NCBI GenBank assembly: GCA_964187785.1
Contig: OZ076409.1
Coordinates: 3,908,001 to 3,972,000, forward strand
Length of the DNA stretch: 64,000 bases
Origin: Amphiscolops sp. MND2022
Taxonomy: Eukaryota
Direction: 5' to 3'
Within the stretch, counting starts at the first letter, position 1. Each line of letters starts with the position of its first letter. This document shows, piece after piece, positions 37,252 to 48,860 of this stretch. The position numbers were made by a program, and so were the translations under genes. The notes beneath the pieces are model-generated. The model was given only the letters and a program-made list of their open reading frames with translations, made no database searches and was not told the origin of the DNA.

Positions 37252-39898
37252 CCTGTCTCACGGGGAATGGATTAGCATTTCAATATCCTGATTGACTTCA
37301 TAGTCTCTGCCACGGAAGGGTGCTGGCACTCAACAACTTCAGGAGTTGGGATGTGCTGGTCGTACTGCCGCTCTTCGGTGGATGCTACCGAGGAAGGATA
37401 GCAAGGGGTAAGGTGCGAGAACGATCAGCTCATCATCCGTGATTGCGCTGTCAGGCATTCTCTCGCCGTCATTGTTTCTTTTTGTCCATTTTGCAGGATA
37501 GTATGCTCGGGACAGGTTCAAATAACGGGACAGGTCTGACAGGCATGCTACAGAGACTTGGTTGTCAAATCTGCTGTGGGTGAAAATCTGATTGTCAAGA
37601 TATTCCCTTGAGAAACGAGCGTAGCGCTGAAAAGTAAAAGATGTGAAAACTCAATATCTTTGTCATCTTGAATACTACTCTATCTTGAAATTTTTAATCA
37701 TTAAATATACAATTTACCCGTTACAAAATTGAAGACAATTTGTTCGGAACAACTATTCTCACCATTTGCACTTCCTGAAAATACTTTGCTGTCCTGAAAA
37801 ATTAGGTCTACTAACTGTCCGTCGGTCTCTTGGCTAATATATTGATTGAATAGCTCAATATTACTTTGCGTCGGTGCCACGAGGAAAAAGTTTTCTCACC
37901 CGTGAGTACAGTGTACATCACGGACGTTGCCGAGAAATCCTGGTGCCAAATGGTCTGGCATCCATCGTTCGACACGAGCAGGTAATTACGAGGTAGCACA
38001 AGAGAATGGTTCTGATCTGTCTCCAATGATCTCATCAACAAAGTGATTGATGGATGTTTGCTGAATCATCATCGGGACAGTGTACACTTTGTGTAAAAAA
38101 GCATGACTGAGATTCATCTCAAACCGATCATGACATTAAACAAAATGAGTTGATAACTTAAATGAGACTTATCTCAAACCGATCATGACAGTAAACAAAA
38201 TGAGTTGATAACCCAAATGAGGTTTACCTCACGCCGATCATGACAGTGAACAAAATGAGTTGATAACCTTATTTGAGATTTATCTCAAACCGATCATGAC
38301 AGTAAACAAAATGAGTTGATAACATAAATGAGGTTTATCTCAAACCGATCTTGTCAGTAAAAAAGAGTATTACCTTCGGTTTAAACTGAATGTCGATTAC
38401 ATTCAGAGCGTAGAAAGGCCTGCTGGTGTCATTCCGGAGGAACTCATCCCGCACAGCGTGAAGGGTCAAATTACGTGTCTAAAATTTGAAAAAAGATCTT
38501 TTTGCGGGACATGTATCGTAATGATAGACAACTCACACCCCTGAAGTTAACCATCAATTCGAAGATTTACTGTTTCGAGAGAATCACTCATTGGGGGTAT
38601 GGTGAGAATTGAGAGAAAATACTTGATCAAATTTACCTGTCCAAGTTTTGCTGACTTGACGTTGATGGTATGATCAGTATCTTGGAGATTCTGGGGCTGG
38701 CGAAGTTCAACCAATTGATCAAAAAATGGTTTGTTGGCTTGAGGCCATTTGATATGCCGACAATGATCAACCCCAATCTGCCAAACTATGGGGATACCAT
38801 TCCTTATCAACTGAGAGACTTTCCTCACTTGGTATTTTATGGGGCCATTCCATCTCGCTATGGGAAACTTCGGGGAACTTGAAGATACGTCCAAGCACAA
38901 TTGGAAGTATGCGGGGGAGCCAAAAACATCAGGGAGCGTGGCATGAAAGTCACTTGGAGCGAGGCACTCGCTTGATGAAAGGAAATCAGGTAGGTCATCA
39001 ACCTGTATAAGTAGAAAATGATAGTATAGTAATTGAGTATGATACATAGAGAGTTTAAACAGTTGAGTAAAATCAAATTGGGTTAAAATGATATTCAATC
39101 TTATGAACCATTTTGGAAAATAAATGATTTTGTGAGTCAATGATGTAATAAAATTACAACAATGATTTGATAGTGCAATAACTCACTTGTGCCTTGCAGT
39201 CCGGATGTTTGGAGAGGTGGATTTGCAGATCGTATGAATACTAGAAGACCTTGCCACATCCATAGCACTTGTGGCTTTGGCGTCTCTCTCCTCGTGCTGG
39301 TTTTGTAAATTACAATCATAGTTATCACTTCGAATCATGGAGTAACAGATTTGATCTGGTGTTCAAAACTAAATTTGTTTACTGGCATAATTAGATCACA
39401 TTATTAATTTGATCTGATGTTCAAAGTTTGAATAAAATTGTTTACTGGCATGATCAGATGAAATTAGCGATTTGATCTGATGTTTAAAACCTAAATATTT
39501 TGTTTACTGGAATGAACAAACCACTTGCTGTACTTGTACATGGTGATCGCTTCTTTTCTTTTGAGCTCACGTTGCTTCACACCGTATTTGGTCAGCTGAT
39601 GCTTCTTCATGAACTTGACCTGCATCAGTACTTGTCCACACTGCTGGCAAGATCGCTGCCTGATCTTCCACTCCTCCCTTGACTCACAAAGGCAGGTGGA
39701 CTTCTGGTGGCGCGTGACGTTGCTTTTCACTTTGGACGAGTAGTCACAAGTACCTTGTCCGCAGTGAAAAAGCTTGCTCGACGGAGAATATCGAGGTGTG
39801 GATGCTGCCGGGGTAGAATCGCAAGAGGATGCTGCTGAGGTTGAAGGGGCGAGAGAATTGTCATTTGAAGACATGATAACTAAAAAACATGGGACCAT
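37252..39898 (-). pseudogene. ZnF-JmjC gene copy 2 (C2H2-like fingers + KDM2/KDM7-type JmjC), multi-exon
   Basis: First exon FHCGQGTCDYSSKVKSNVTRHQKSTC...CQQCGQVLMQVKFMKKHQ. JmjC RNYLLVSNDGCQTIWHQDFSATSVMYTVLTGEKTF matches the KDM2/7 pattern YCLMS....TDFHxDFGGTSVWYHVLxGEKIF. Introns such as 38479-38636. The exon with the distal His was not found. Confidence 0.82.
38105..38365. repeat. ~55-bp tandem repeat (~4.5 copies), intronic
   Basis: tgagatttatctcaaaccgatcatgacagtaaacaaaatgagttgataac unit. Confidence 0.9.
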
Positions 39899-39929
39899 GA
39901 AGCCTTTCTCAATTTCTTTTTAAAAAATT

Positions 39930-40162
39930 GAAGTCTGACTGACTAAGTTAAAAACATGAAAAGGTCTGAGTGACCTTGTCAAAAACATGAGCACGTCTGA
40001 GTGACCAACTTAAAAACATGAAAAGGTCTGACTGACCATGTTAAAGTCTTGAATAGGTCGGAATGACCATGTCAAAAAAGGAATAGATCTTAGTGACCAT
40101 GTCAAAAACATGAGTAGATCTGAGTGACCATGACAAAAACATGAGTACGTCTGAATGACCAT
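39930..40162 (-). repeat. ~31-34-bp minisatellite (gacatggtcactcagacct core), inverted relative to 48400-48830 and 52160-52450
   Basis: Repeated aggtctgagtgaccatgtcaaaaa. Confidence 0.85.
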
Positions 40163-40520
40163 CAGGGTTTTGACATCGCTAATCTTCCGCTAGTCGCTAA
40201 ACCGCTAATTTGAAAAGTGCTATTTCGCTGAAAAGCTTTTTCCGCAAACTATTAAATGTTTAGCTTCAACTATGTTTCAAATTATTTTATTCGGATTTGG
40301 GAAGAGAAAAGACTAGAATTCTTTATTCTGCGCGTGTTTTACAAGGGTAAGAGTTGGAATTGTTCCGAATATCATTTTGAAACACCGTTTGTACACAGAA
40401 GAAATTTTGAATTTGGAGGGTCTGTTAGTTACCGCTAATTGAATCGCTAATGAAATCGCTGAAAAAATTCTGCGCGGTCGCTAATTCGCTAAATCGCTGA
40501 TTAGCGGTCCTAAAACTCTG
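40163..40520. mobile_element. hAT-like MITE
   Basis: Termini CAGGGTTTT...AAAACTCTG; 8-bp TSD atgaccat/gtgaccat; subterminal cgctaa repeats. Confidence 0.8.
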
Positions 40521-40629
40521 GTGACCATGTCAAAGATGAAATTAATAATACATATCATCAATGCATAAAAGCAAAATAAAGGTCAAGAAACATAAATAAC
40601 CCATCATTATTATACATGATAAAACAGAG

Positions 40630-41850
40630 TTAAACTGAAAATTTTTGATTCTTAGAGGTTTTGTCTTTTGCATGGCTCCGGTAACTAGACATTGTCTTAT
40701 AATTGACATTTGACACTAGAGCAACGATGACATATATGTTTTTGCTGAAATTGAGGCTGCAAGTTTTGTCGACTTTGACTTTCAGTGAAACGACACAAAC
40801 TGTCCCATCCGCAACTTTGTCCCATTCGTGTCCCAAAACAGTGTCCCAGACAGCTGTTGAGCATTGTCCTTCTTCAAACTGTAAGTGACTGAACCACCTT
40901 CTGCCGGAATACCAAACGCATGCATCAAAACGGAGCAGCTTGGAGCAATGTCTTTTCTGAAGTCCCAAATTCTAGATTGATCGCTATAAAAATGCATCAG
41001 CAAGTGCTTCAGGTTAGAGTACGCCCAGTACACTTGGCATAATTATTGTCAAAAGGAACATCTGGGGTACTATGAAGTGGCAGAGTCCGATCTTTCTTCA
41101 CGTAACAAAGAGGTACCGTTGATTTGAAGAAAGGGTCATCTTCTTTCTCAACTTCGATGACTAGTCTCGAGTCTTCGATGAAAATCCAAAACAACCTCAA
41201 CGAGAACTCAGTGCCCACCACGTTTACGATGTCTCCTTCAACTGCAACCCCATTTTTGATTGGGATGGAAACAAGCTCTACATGACCTTCAGGTTTCGTT
41301 AGGAAAGGTTCGGCTGGTCCTCCAGAAAGCACCTTCGCTAATTTCGCTTTCTTTCTAGAAGGCAGTTCAGTTCGGATGTTGCAATCGTCTTCGTCGTCTG
41401 TATCTTCTTCTGTTTCTTCTCGAAGCGTCACTCTCTTTTTCTTGTAAAGTTCTTCATGCGTTCCCGGTCGTAGTTGAAAGTAAGAAACTGTCGCAAGATC
41501 AATTCCATCTAGCTGGTCGTCAAAAAAATTCCCCTCTTCAATTGGGACAACTACAGGTGACACAAGCATCTGTTTTCTAAATGGATCATTTTTCATGACA
41601 TATCCCTCTTTCACGTTCTTCGTCAGTACTCCATCTCTTTCCATTGATTACGTGTAATGAATCAGATCATTTCTGACTCGCTTTTGTTTGAAGTAGCCAA
41701 GCACTTCAAGACTGAGGACCAACTCAATTCGCCTGGTGTAACTTGCGGCTGTGCCTTCGTTTTCTCTGATGGGCCATTTTTCAGGAAATTCGTGGAAGCG
41801 TGGTGGCGCTTCTAAAATTCCGTTAGCGTACTTGCTTGAGTAGTTCAGTC
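40630..41850 (-). pseudogene. Orphan protein gene, frameshifted, function unknown
   Basis: Overlapping minus-strand ORFs 41009-41644, 40782-41033 and 40630-40968 with protein-like composition, an acidic tract (EETEEDTDDEDD) and an NLS-like PSRKKAK. Confidence 0.6.
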
Positions 41851-42340
41851 ATTGTACGGTGTCCTGATAAAAGCGATCACCTGAATCTATTTTGATATAA
41901 TTGGAAAAAGAATATTGGTGGGAGTTTCCGAACGTGTAAGGCTTCATTTATTGCTAGTTTTATGAACAAAAAAATGCTCCCATTTTTTGTTTTCCTGGCG
42001 ATTTTCACCCACAGAAGCTATCACGGGGTTGAAAAATGTATCATGATACATGTATCAAGATATCATTTTGAAGTTTATAAATTTAAAACAACTTGAAGCT
42101 TGAAGCTCATACTACTACAATTTACAGTTTTTTCAAGAAAAAACTAAATCGCCAGATTCATATTGTTTGAGAAATTTTTCCGTCAAAAGTTTTCTGGAAA
42201 CAAAAATTTGTAAGTGGGTCAAAAATTAAAAAAACTAAAGAATGATGTTTTGGAAAATGCTCTCGACCAATGAAATGAGCGCGTGAGACATTGATCAGCA
42301 AAGGATATTTGTTTGTTTGCTTTCTTTCTGCATGATATCC

Positions 42341-44549
42341 AGCTATTTGGGAATTCACCAATTAGTATGTGTATTTTCTCTCACTTTCAATTCTGTTTGG
42401 CGCATCAAGTGAAAAATCTGGCTCAGAAAGAACACTTCTGGTATTTTCCCAGTTTTTCAAAACCAGCTAATTGTAACTTTCTCAATTTTTGTACCAGGAA
42501 AATTTAAATAAAACACTAATGCAAACTAGATGAAGTTCCAAGATTCTTTTGTTTCTTATGTTTTTCAAAATCTTTGACAGATTTCGAGCAAATCAAGCCT
42601 AAAATCGCCCCGGGTGACCTTTTCTTAATCGCAGTACTGTATTTAGGAGAAATTTGATTTGATCATGCCAGTAAACAAAATTTTAATACGTACGATTCAC
42701 AATTTTCTTGAAGATAACAGTATATTCCATAACCAATAGTTTTTGCGGACACTTGATTAGTTTTATCAGATATTCAGAATAACAAAATGACTTACTTTAT
42801 GCGTCCCGATGATCTCCGTAATGTAAGCTGAACGCCAAAGGCCGCATTCTTCTTCAAAGCATTGGAGTAGTTTTCCACAGTTGAAGTTTTTTGAGAATTG
42901 CATTGTTAAATGGATGGACTTGGTATCGAGTTGAATTTATCAAGATTAGGAGTGGTTTAAGTAAGTCTGGCAGGCAAATGTGTGAGTAAAAAGGCAAAAA
43001 TCCAATGCATAGATGTGATTCTGGTACCTGACTGTTTTGAGTTGATTTAAGTTACTAACACCTAACTTTGAGGGTAATCCTTTAAGGCATGAGTTTATTA
43101 GATGTAATCAGTTAGTTAATTAATATAGGTGTCAATTATGTTGGTTCCATATTGCTATTCTGCTGTATAGTCACGAAACGTGAAAAATGAAAAAACTTTT
43201 CTGAAGAAGTTCGGTAGTGGGGGAAAACAGAAGAGAGCAAAAACACTCGCCCGGAATCGAACCCACACACAACATATGAGAATAAAGGCAATTAACTACT
43301 GAGCTATCGATGTTGCTCATGCAGCCATCAACAGCACAAATAAATTACTGTGATTAGGAAATCGTCCCCTATGCGCTAAGCGTCGTTATCAACCAATTAG
43401 AATGATTAGGTACCAAAAAACATAAGAGCAGCTAACATAAAAACTACTTTTTGAAAAATTAGTTTCAAATAACATAAAAATGAAATTAGTTTCAAATAAC
43501 ATAAAAAAGAAATTAGTTTCAAATAACAGAAAAATGAACCCGAATACCTAGCTAAGAAATCAAACTCACGAAAATATATTTGTAATTTTCATACTTTTTT
43601 CAGTGAAACTTTTGAAATGTGAATGCTTTTGACAACTAAAACTTTCTCGTAAACAATGTTATTTTTGTGTTTGGTCAAATTCATTTCATTTTTATGTTAT
43701 TTGAAACTAATTTTGTTTTTGTTATTTGCTCTTATGTTCAACTAAGCTATTTGGGAATTCACCAAATAGAATGTGTATTTTCTCTCACTTTCAATTCTGA
43801 TTGGCGCATCAAGTGAAATCTCTGGCGCAGAAAGAACACTTCTGGTATTTTCCCAGTTTTTCAAAACTAGCTAATTGTAACTTTCTCAATTTTTGTACCA
43901 GAAAAATTTAAATAAAACACTATTGCAAACTAGATGAAGTTCCAAGGTTCTTTAGTTTCTTATGTTTTTCAAAATTTTCGACAGATTCCGAGCAAATCGA
44001 GCTTAAAATCGCCCCGGGTGACCTTTTCTTAATCACAGTACTGTATGTAGGAGAAATTTGATTTGATCATGCCAGTAAACAAAATTTTATTACATACGAT
44101 TCATAATTTTCTTGAAGATAACAGTATATTCCATAACCAATAGTTTTTGCGGACCCTTGATTAGTTTTATCAGATGTTCAGAAAAACAAAATGACTTACT
44201 TTATGCGTCCCATTGATCTCCGTAAAGTAAGCTGAACGCCAAAGGCCGCATTCTTCTTCAAAGCATTGGAGTAGTTTTCCACAGTTGAAGTTTTTTGAGA
44301 AATGCATTGTTAAATGGACGGACTTGGTATCGAGTTGAATTTATCAAGATTAGGAGTGGTCTAAGTAAGTCTTGCAGGCAAATGTGTGAGTAAAAAGGCA
44401 AAAATCCAACGCATAGGTGTGATTTTGGTACCTGACTGTTTTTAGTTGATTTAAGTTACTAACACCTAACTTTGAGGGTAATACTTTAAGGCATGAGATT
44501 ATTAGATGTAATCAGTTAGTTAATTAATATAGGTGTTAATTATGTTGGT
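42341..44549. repeat. ~805-bp direct duplication (42341-43145 and 43745-44549)
   Basis: Near-identical from agctatttgggaattcacca to aattatgttggt. Confidence 0.92.
43410..43763. mobile_element. MITE family (further copies ~52880-53267 and partial from 59494)
   Basis: Imperfect inverted ends cataagagca.. / ..tgctcttatg..tttgggaattcacc with internal aaattagtttcaaataac repeats. Confidence 0.65.
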
Positions 44550-44999
44550 AGTGAAAAGCGTTTATCACCTCTTGACATGAGGTAATCTCCTGATTGCCTC
44601 TTTTTCTGGGTGTGTAACAAAATTTTCTGAGGATCAGTTCTTCAGTTGTTCACCATTCTTGCTTCGTATTGCTCGCTTCTAATCTTGACTCTACAATTTC
44701 TTCGAATTCTCAATTGTCGAATAATACCACATCTCAATTTTATTTCAAATTCAAACAGATTAGTTAACAAATTTCAAACATCACTTCTGCTCATCTTAAT
44801 TCTGCTTTCAATGTTTTAAGCTTTCAAAAAATTTCAAAATATTTAAAGCTAACAGAATACCATTTAGTTTTAGTAAATTTTACAGTTGTCACTCTACTGT
44901 AACTTTTCACTTCAACCAGTTTTGTTTAATTTTACTATAACAATTTTTGTTTAACGCTTCTTTCCTTTACGTTCATAATTTTCATTTGTATCTTCAATC

Positions 45000-47900
45000 A
45001 TGAACGGCGATTGAATGTTCTCTTTTTCAAACAACTCGAGTTCTAATTATCACAATCTCCGAGAAATCGCTAATCAAGTTTTATAGAACGCCCCACCCAC
45101 AACATCAAATTTCAGTTATTCGCAACTCATCGAGGAGTCCCCTAGGTACCATGAGATGCAACCACGGCAACCCCACCATCAAGCCTCAACCCAACCAGCT
45201 GTCTATGATCCCTACGAATTTGTGTCGTCCAATTCGGTCCCTCATGCTTCCAACTCACCTCATGACAGTGTTGTGTCCGGAAATCAGCAAAATTTAGATG
45301 AAGTATGCGGATAAACAATATTTTTGTTCAAAGTATCTCAAAGTGTCAACAAAGTACTAGATAGAAAAAAATTTTCTGCATAAAAAAAGGTTAATAACTT
45401 GTTAATAATATGCTCGTAGTTTTTAGGAAAATAAGAAACTGGAAATCTATGATTTCATATTACTCAAGACTTGTTATTTGTTTCAAACTCGTCAAACAAA
45501 GAGTTCGGCAAACAGTTTTTATGCAATTTATCATGTCTTTTGTTTCATATTGTTTTTCGAAAAACTTTCTACTTCAAACTGAAAAAACGGATGTTCTTGT
45601 TTCTCAATCTTCATTTATATCGAATGAAAATTAAAGAAATGTACTTCTTGTTTAATTGGCTTTACCTAAATCAGAATTTGGCGGCCTTTTCAACATTCAG
45701 TTGGCATCTCAGCTTTGAACGAATTTGAACCCGAACAATTTTTTGAACATACACGATATATCACATTCAAAAAAAGGGGTCGAAAACAATCAAAAACAAA
45801 AAAAACAATAAATTAGGGTATTTAAATCTCAAAATATTTTAAAACGGTTTTTAATGGCGTGTCTTAAAACATTGTTTTGAAACAGGCCAACCCTGATATT
45901 ACGAGTTGAATACTAGTGAAAAAATGGTTACTAGTTGAAATGGTTTTTCAAACAACTGCGAATTATTCTTGTGATAACGATTTTTCATTTCCAGCACAAA
46001 CCACGACTTATTACCCTCCCCACGTGGTACCAGCAGAAAACAACCCTCGGTTTGATCCTGGATCGACGTCAACTCTGATGCGACACCCTCACCCGATGCA
46101 TAGACCCCGCTTTGAGGCATTGACTTTGCGAGTGCCTCCGATAAGCACTGTTCTATTTCCGGGTGCAGGTAGCTGTCAGATGCCTGCCGTTTCCGAATTC
46201 CCACCAGCAATGCCGCCAAGTGATGAGCGATCCCAGGCGATGAAAAAATGGGCTCAAGGTCGCGCCCACTTTCAGCATCTGGTTGACTGCGACAAGACGC
46301 CCCCAAAAGAGGATTGTCTGCTCGTCTTCCAATGCCTAATGATAATGTGGCGCTACATCAATAGCTACCCCTCCCGCCTTCTGAAGCGATTCACTGTCTA
46401 TGATTTTGTGAATTTCAACGAAAATGACAGTGGCAGCTTCGTGGTTGCCTTTGAAGACGGGACCAAGTACAAATATAGAACTGCCCTCAGGTTCACCAAA
46501 TTCGAGAAAAGTGTTTTGACATTTTTTTCAAACGTATCAGACCAGTTTGGATTAATTCACTGAGAGTCCTGAATGAAAGTTTCGACGTTTCAACAATTGT
46601 CGCAAATTTCAACGAAAGAACCCAGACCTTCTTCTACAACTCACAGGGCAATAAAAAATTGAATGTTTCAAGAGACTGCGAAAACTTTCAAAGCAAGATG
46701 AATGCGACTCACAAAAAGAAACGGATAGCAATTGTTGCTGGCCCTGATGAGGAAAGGATAAACGACGATGCCGAGAACCCTCGCCCAAGCACAATTGATG
46801 ACCCGACCGTCAACTTGAAGAAGGCGCGCATTTCACAGGACGAGATGATGACCATGTCGCCGACTTCCAAGAAACGAGTTTTCTATTCGGATTCCGATTT
46901 TCTTGAAAGTTTTAATGAGGTAAGTTCTTGTGTTTTCACAACAAGAGACAATAAAAAGTTATCAAGCGTTATCAAACAATGATTTGTTAGTAAAAAATTT
47001 TTGATTTAATTTTGTTTACCGGCATGATCAGATCATCAATGTATGATTAACCAATGACTTTCACAACTTACTGTTTCTATATGCAACTCAATATTTTCTT
47101 GTTTTCGCAATATGGGACAATACAAAATTATCAAACGATTTTGATTTGTTAGTGAAAAACGTTTGATTTAATTTTGTTTACGGGCATGATCAGATCATCC
47201 AATTATGATTAACCAATGACTTTCACAACTAAGATTTTCAAAATGAAAAAGTATTTTCGACTCCCAACGAACGAAGATGAAAAGATCCCGACGCCTGCTC
47301 AATGTCGCAAAACGATCATGGAAAACACCTCTATATACAAGGCTGTAGCGCAAGAGCTGGGGGAAAGAGTCAACGATCATTTGCGTTACAAACTTGTAAA
47401 ATTACGTGTCCAAAAGATGTTGCAAATTTTGGCTGGATCTACAGCTCCTTCCAAAACCACTGTTGTGAACAATGTGCGAAGCCGTGGTTGGACCGATCAT
47501 GCGAGGATTGTAGATAGCACACTCGCTCTATGGAAACCAGCCCCGGTTTCCGAAAAGAGAAGATCGACGCGCCACACTCCGACTGAGGACACGACTGCTC
47601 ATTCACACAGTAGAGGATACAACTTGTTCTTTTGCAGTTTCACATCTGCTATCGTCAACATGCAGAAAGTAACTGAATTCGTGGCAAGTCAGCATTGGCC
47701 GTTCCTACAGATTTGCGAGAAGATCGTTTTCGACAATGGTGCTTCTGGACGAGGCGTAGTAGCAACGACCCCGATCAACAAATACGAAGTTGTCTGTAAT
47801 TATCACACAGATGTGATCATCACACAGTCCGTAATGTGCCAACGTGAAAACACGCAATATATTCTAGACTGTGGCGACATAGTATTTGATGCAACTTTAG

Positions 47901-48400
47901 ACACTTGTGAATGCCACCCTGGACGAAGAACATTCGGAAGACTTTAGAATTATAGACCAGATAATCAACCCCAATGCAATGTCCGAATGAAGCTCATGGT
48001 GATAAACGGAAAGAACGCTGTTTTTTTCATCGCAAAGAGAGACATAGACGCGTTGGAAGAAATATGCTTCGATTACAAAGACCCAAAATGCAAAGGCGAA
48101 TTTTGTTCGAGACCTACTGCTGTTACTGTGTCATCCGATCCACCAACCTCTGATCCGCCAACCTCTGACCCGCCAACCTCTGACCCGCCAGCCTCTGACC
48201 CACCAACCTCTGACCCGCCAACCTCTGACCCGCCAACCTCTGACCCGCCAACCTCTGACCCGCCAACCTCTGACCCACCATCCTCTGAACCTCTATCCGA
48301 CTCACCGACCGTTGAGCACGTCCTATTACCTGAGTCCCAAGAAACCTTCCCACCATTGTCCAACGACTCTACCATTTTTGACGATTCGCTAATTTATTAA
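45000..48400 (+). pseudogene. Multi-exon SET-domain gene (PR-Set7/SETD8-like SET at ~47740-48085), disrupted
   Basis: GRGVVATTPINKYEVVCNYH...FDAT...TFGRL*NY...CNVRMKLMVINGKNAVFFIAKRDIDALEEICFDY; in-frame TAG at 47945-47947. Likely upstream exons 45000-45302 and 45994-46919 (GT-AG); their linkage to the SET exon is inferred. Confidence 0.82.
48133..48290 (+). repeat. 15-bp coding tandem repeat (SDPPT x ~10)
   Basis: tctgacccgccaacc units in frame after the SET domain. Confidence 0.92.
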
Positions 48401-48830
48401 ATTTCAGACCTACAAACTTCTTTTTTGAAATCACTTGGTCATTCATCATTTAAATCACTCAGACCTACACTTTTTTGTCAGGGTCACTCAGACCTACTAG
48501 GTAGTACAAAGTCTTTTTTTGACATGGTCACAAAGACCTACAAATTTCTTTTTTGACGTGATCACTCCAACCAACATTTTTTTTTGAAATGGTCACTCAG
48601 CACTACAAATTTCTTTTTTGACATTGTCACTCAGACCTACTCTTTTTTGACAGGGTCACTCAGACCTACTAGGTAGTACTAGGTAGTACAAAGTCCTTTT
48701 TTGACATGGTCACTCAGACCTACAATTTTCTTTGTTGACGTGGTCACTCCAACCGACAAAAATATATTTTTGAAATATCAAATACTCAGCACTGCAAATC
48801 TCTTTTTTGACATTGTCACTTTCTTGACAT
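48400..48830 (+). repeat. ~34-bp minisatellite between SET and transposase genes
   Basis: ttttttgacatggtcactcagacctacaaatttc units. Confidence 0.88.
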
Positions 48831-48860
48831 GACGTTTCATCCCAACGTTTTAAATTTTAG

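Noticed and set aside
48073..48375. Minus-strand GGSEV / LAGQR repeat ORFs
   Set aside because: Shadows of the SDPPT coding repeat.
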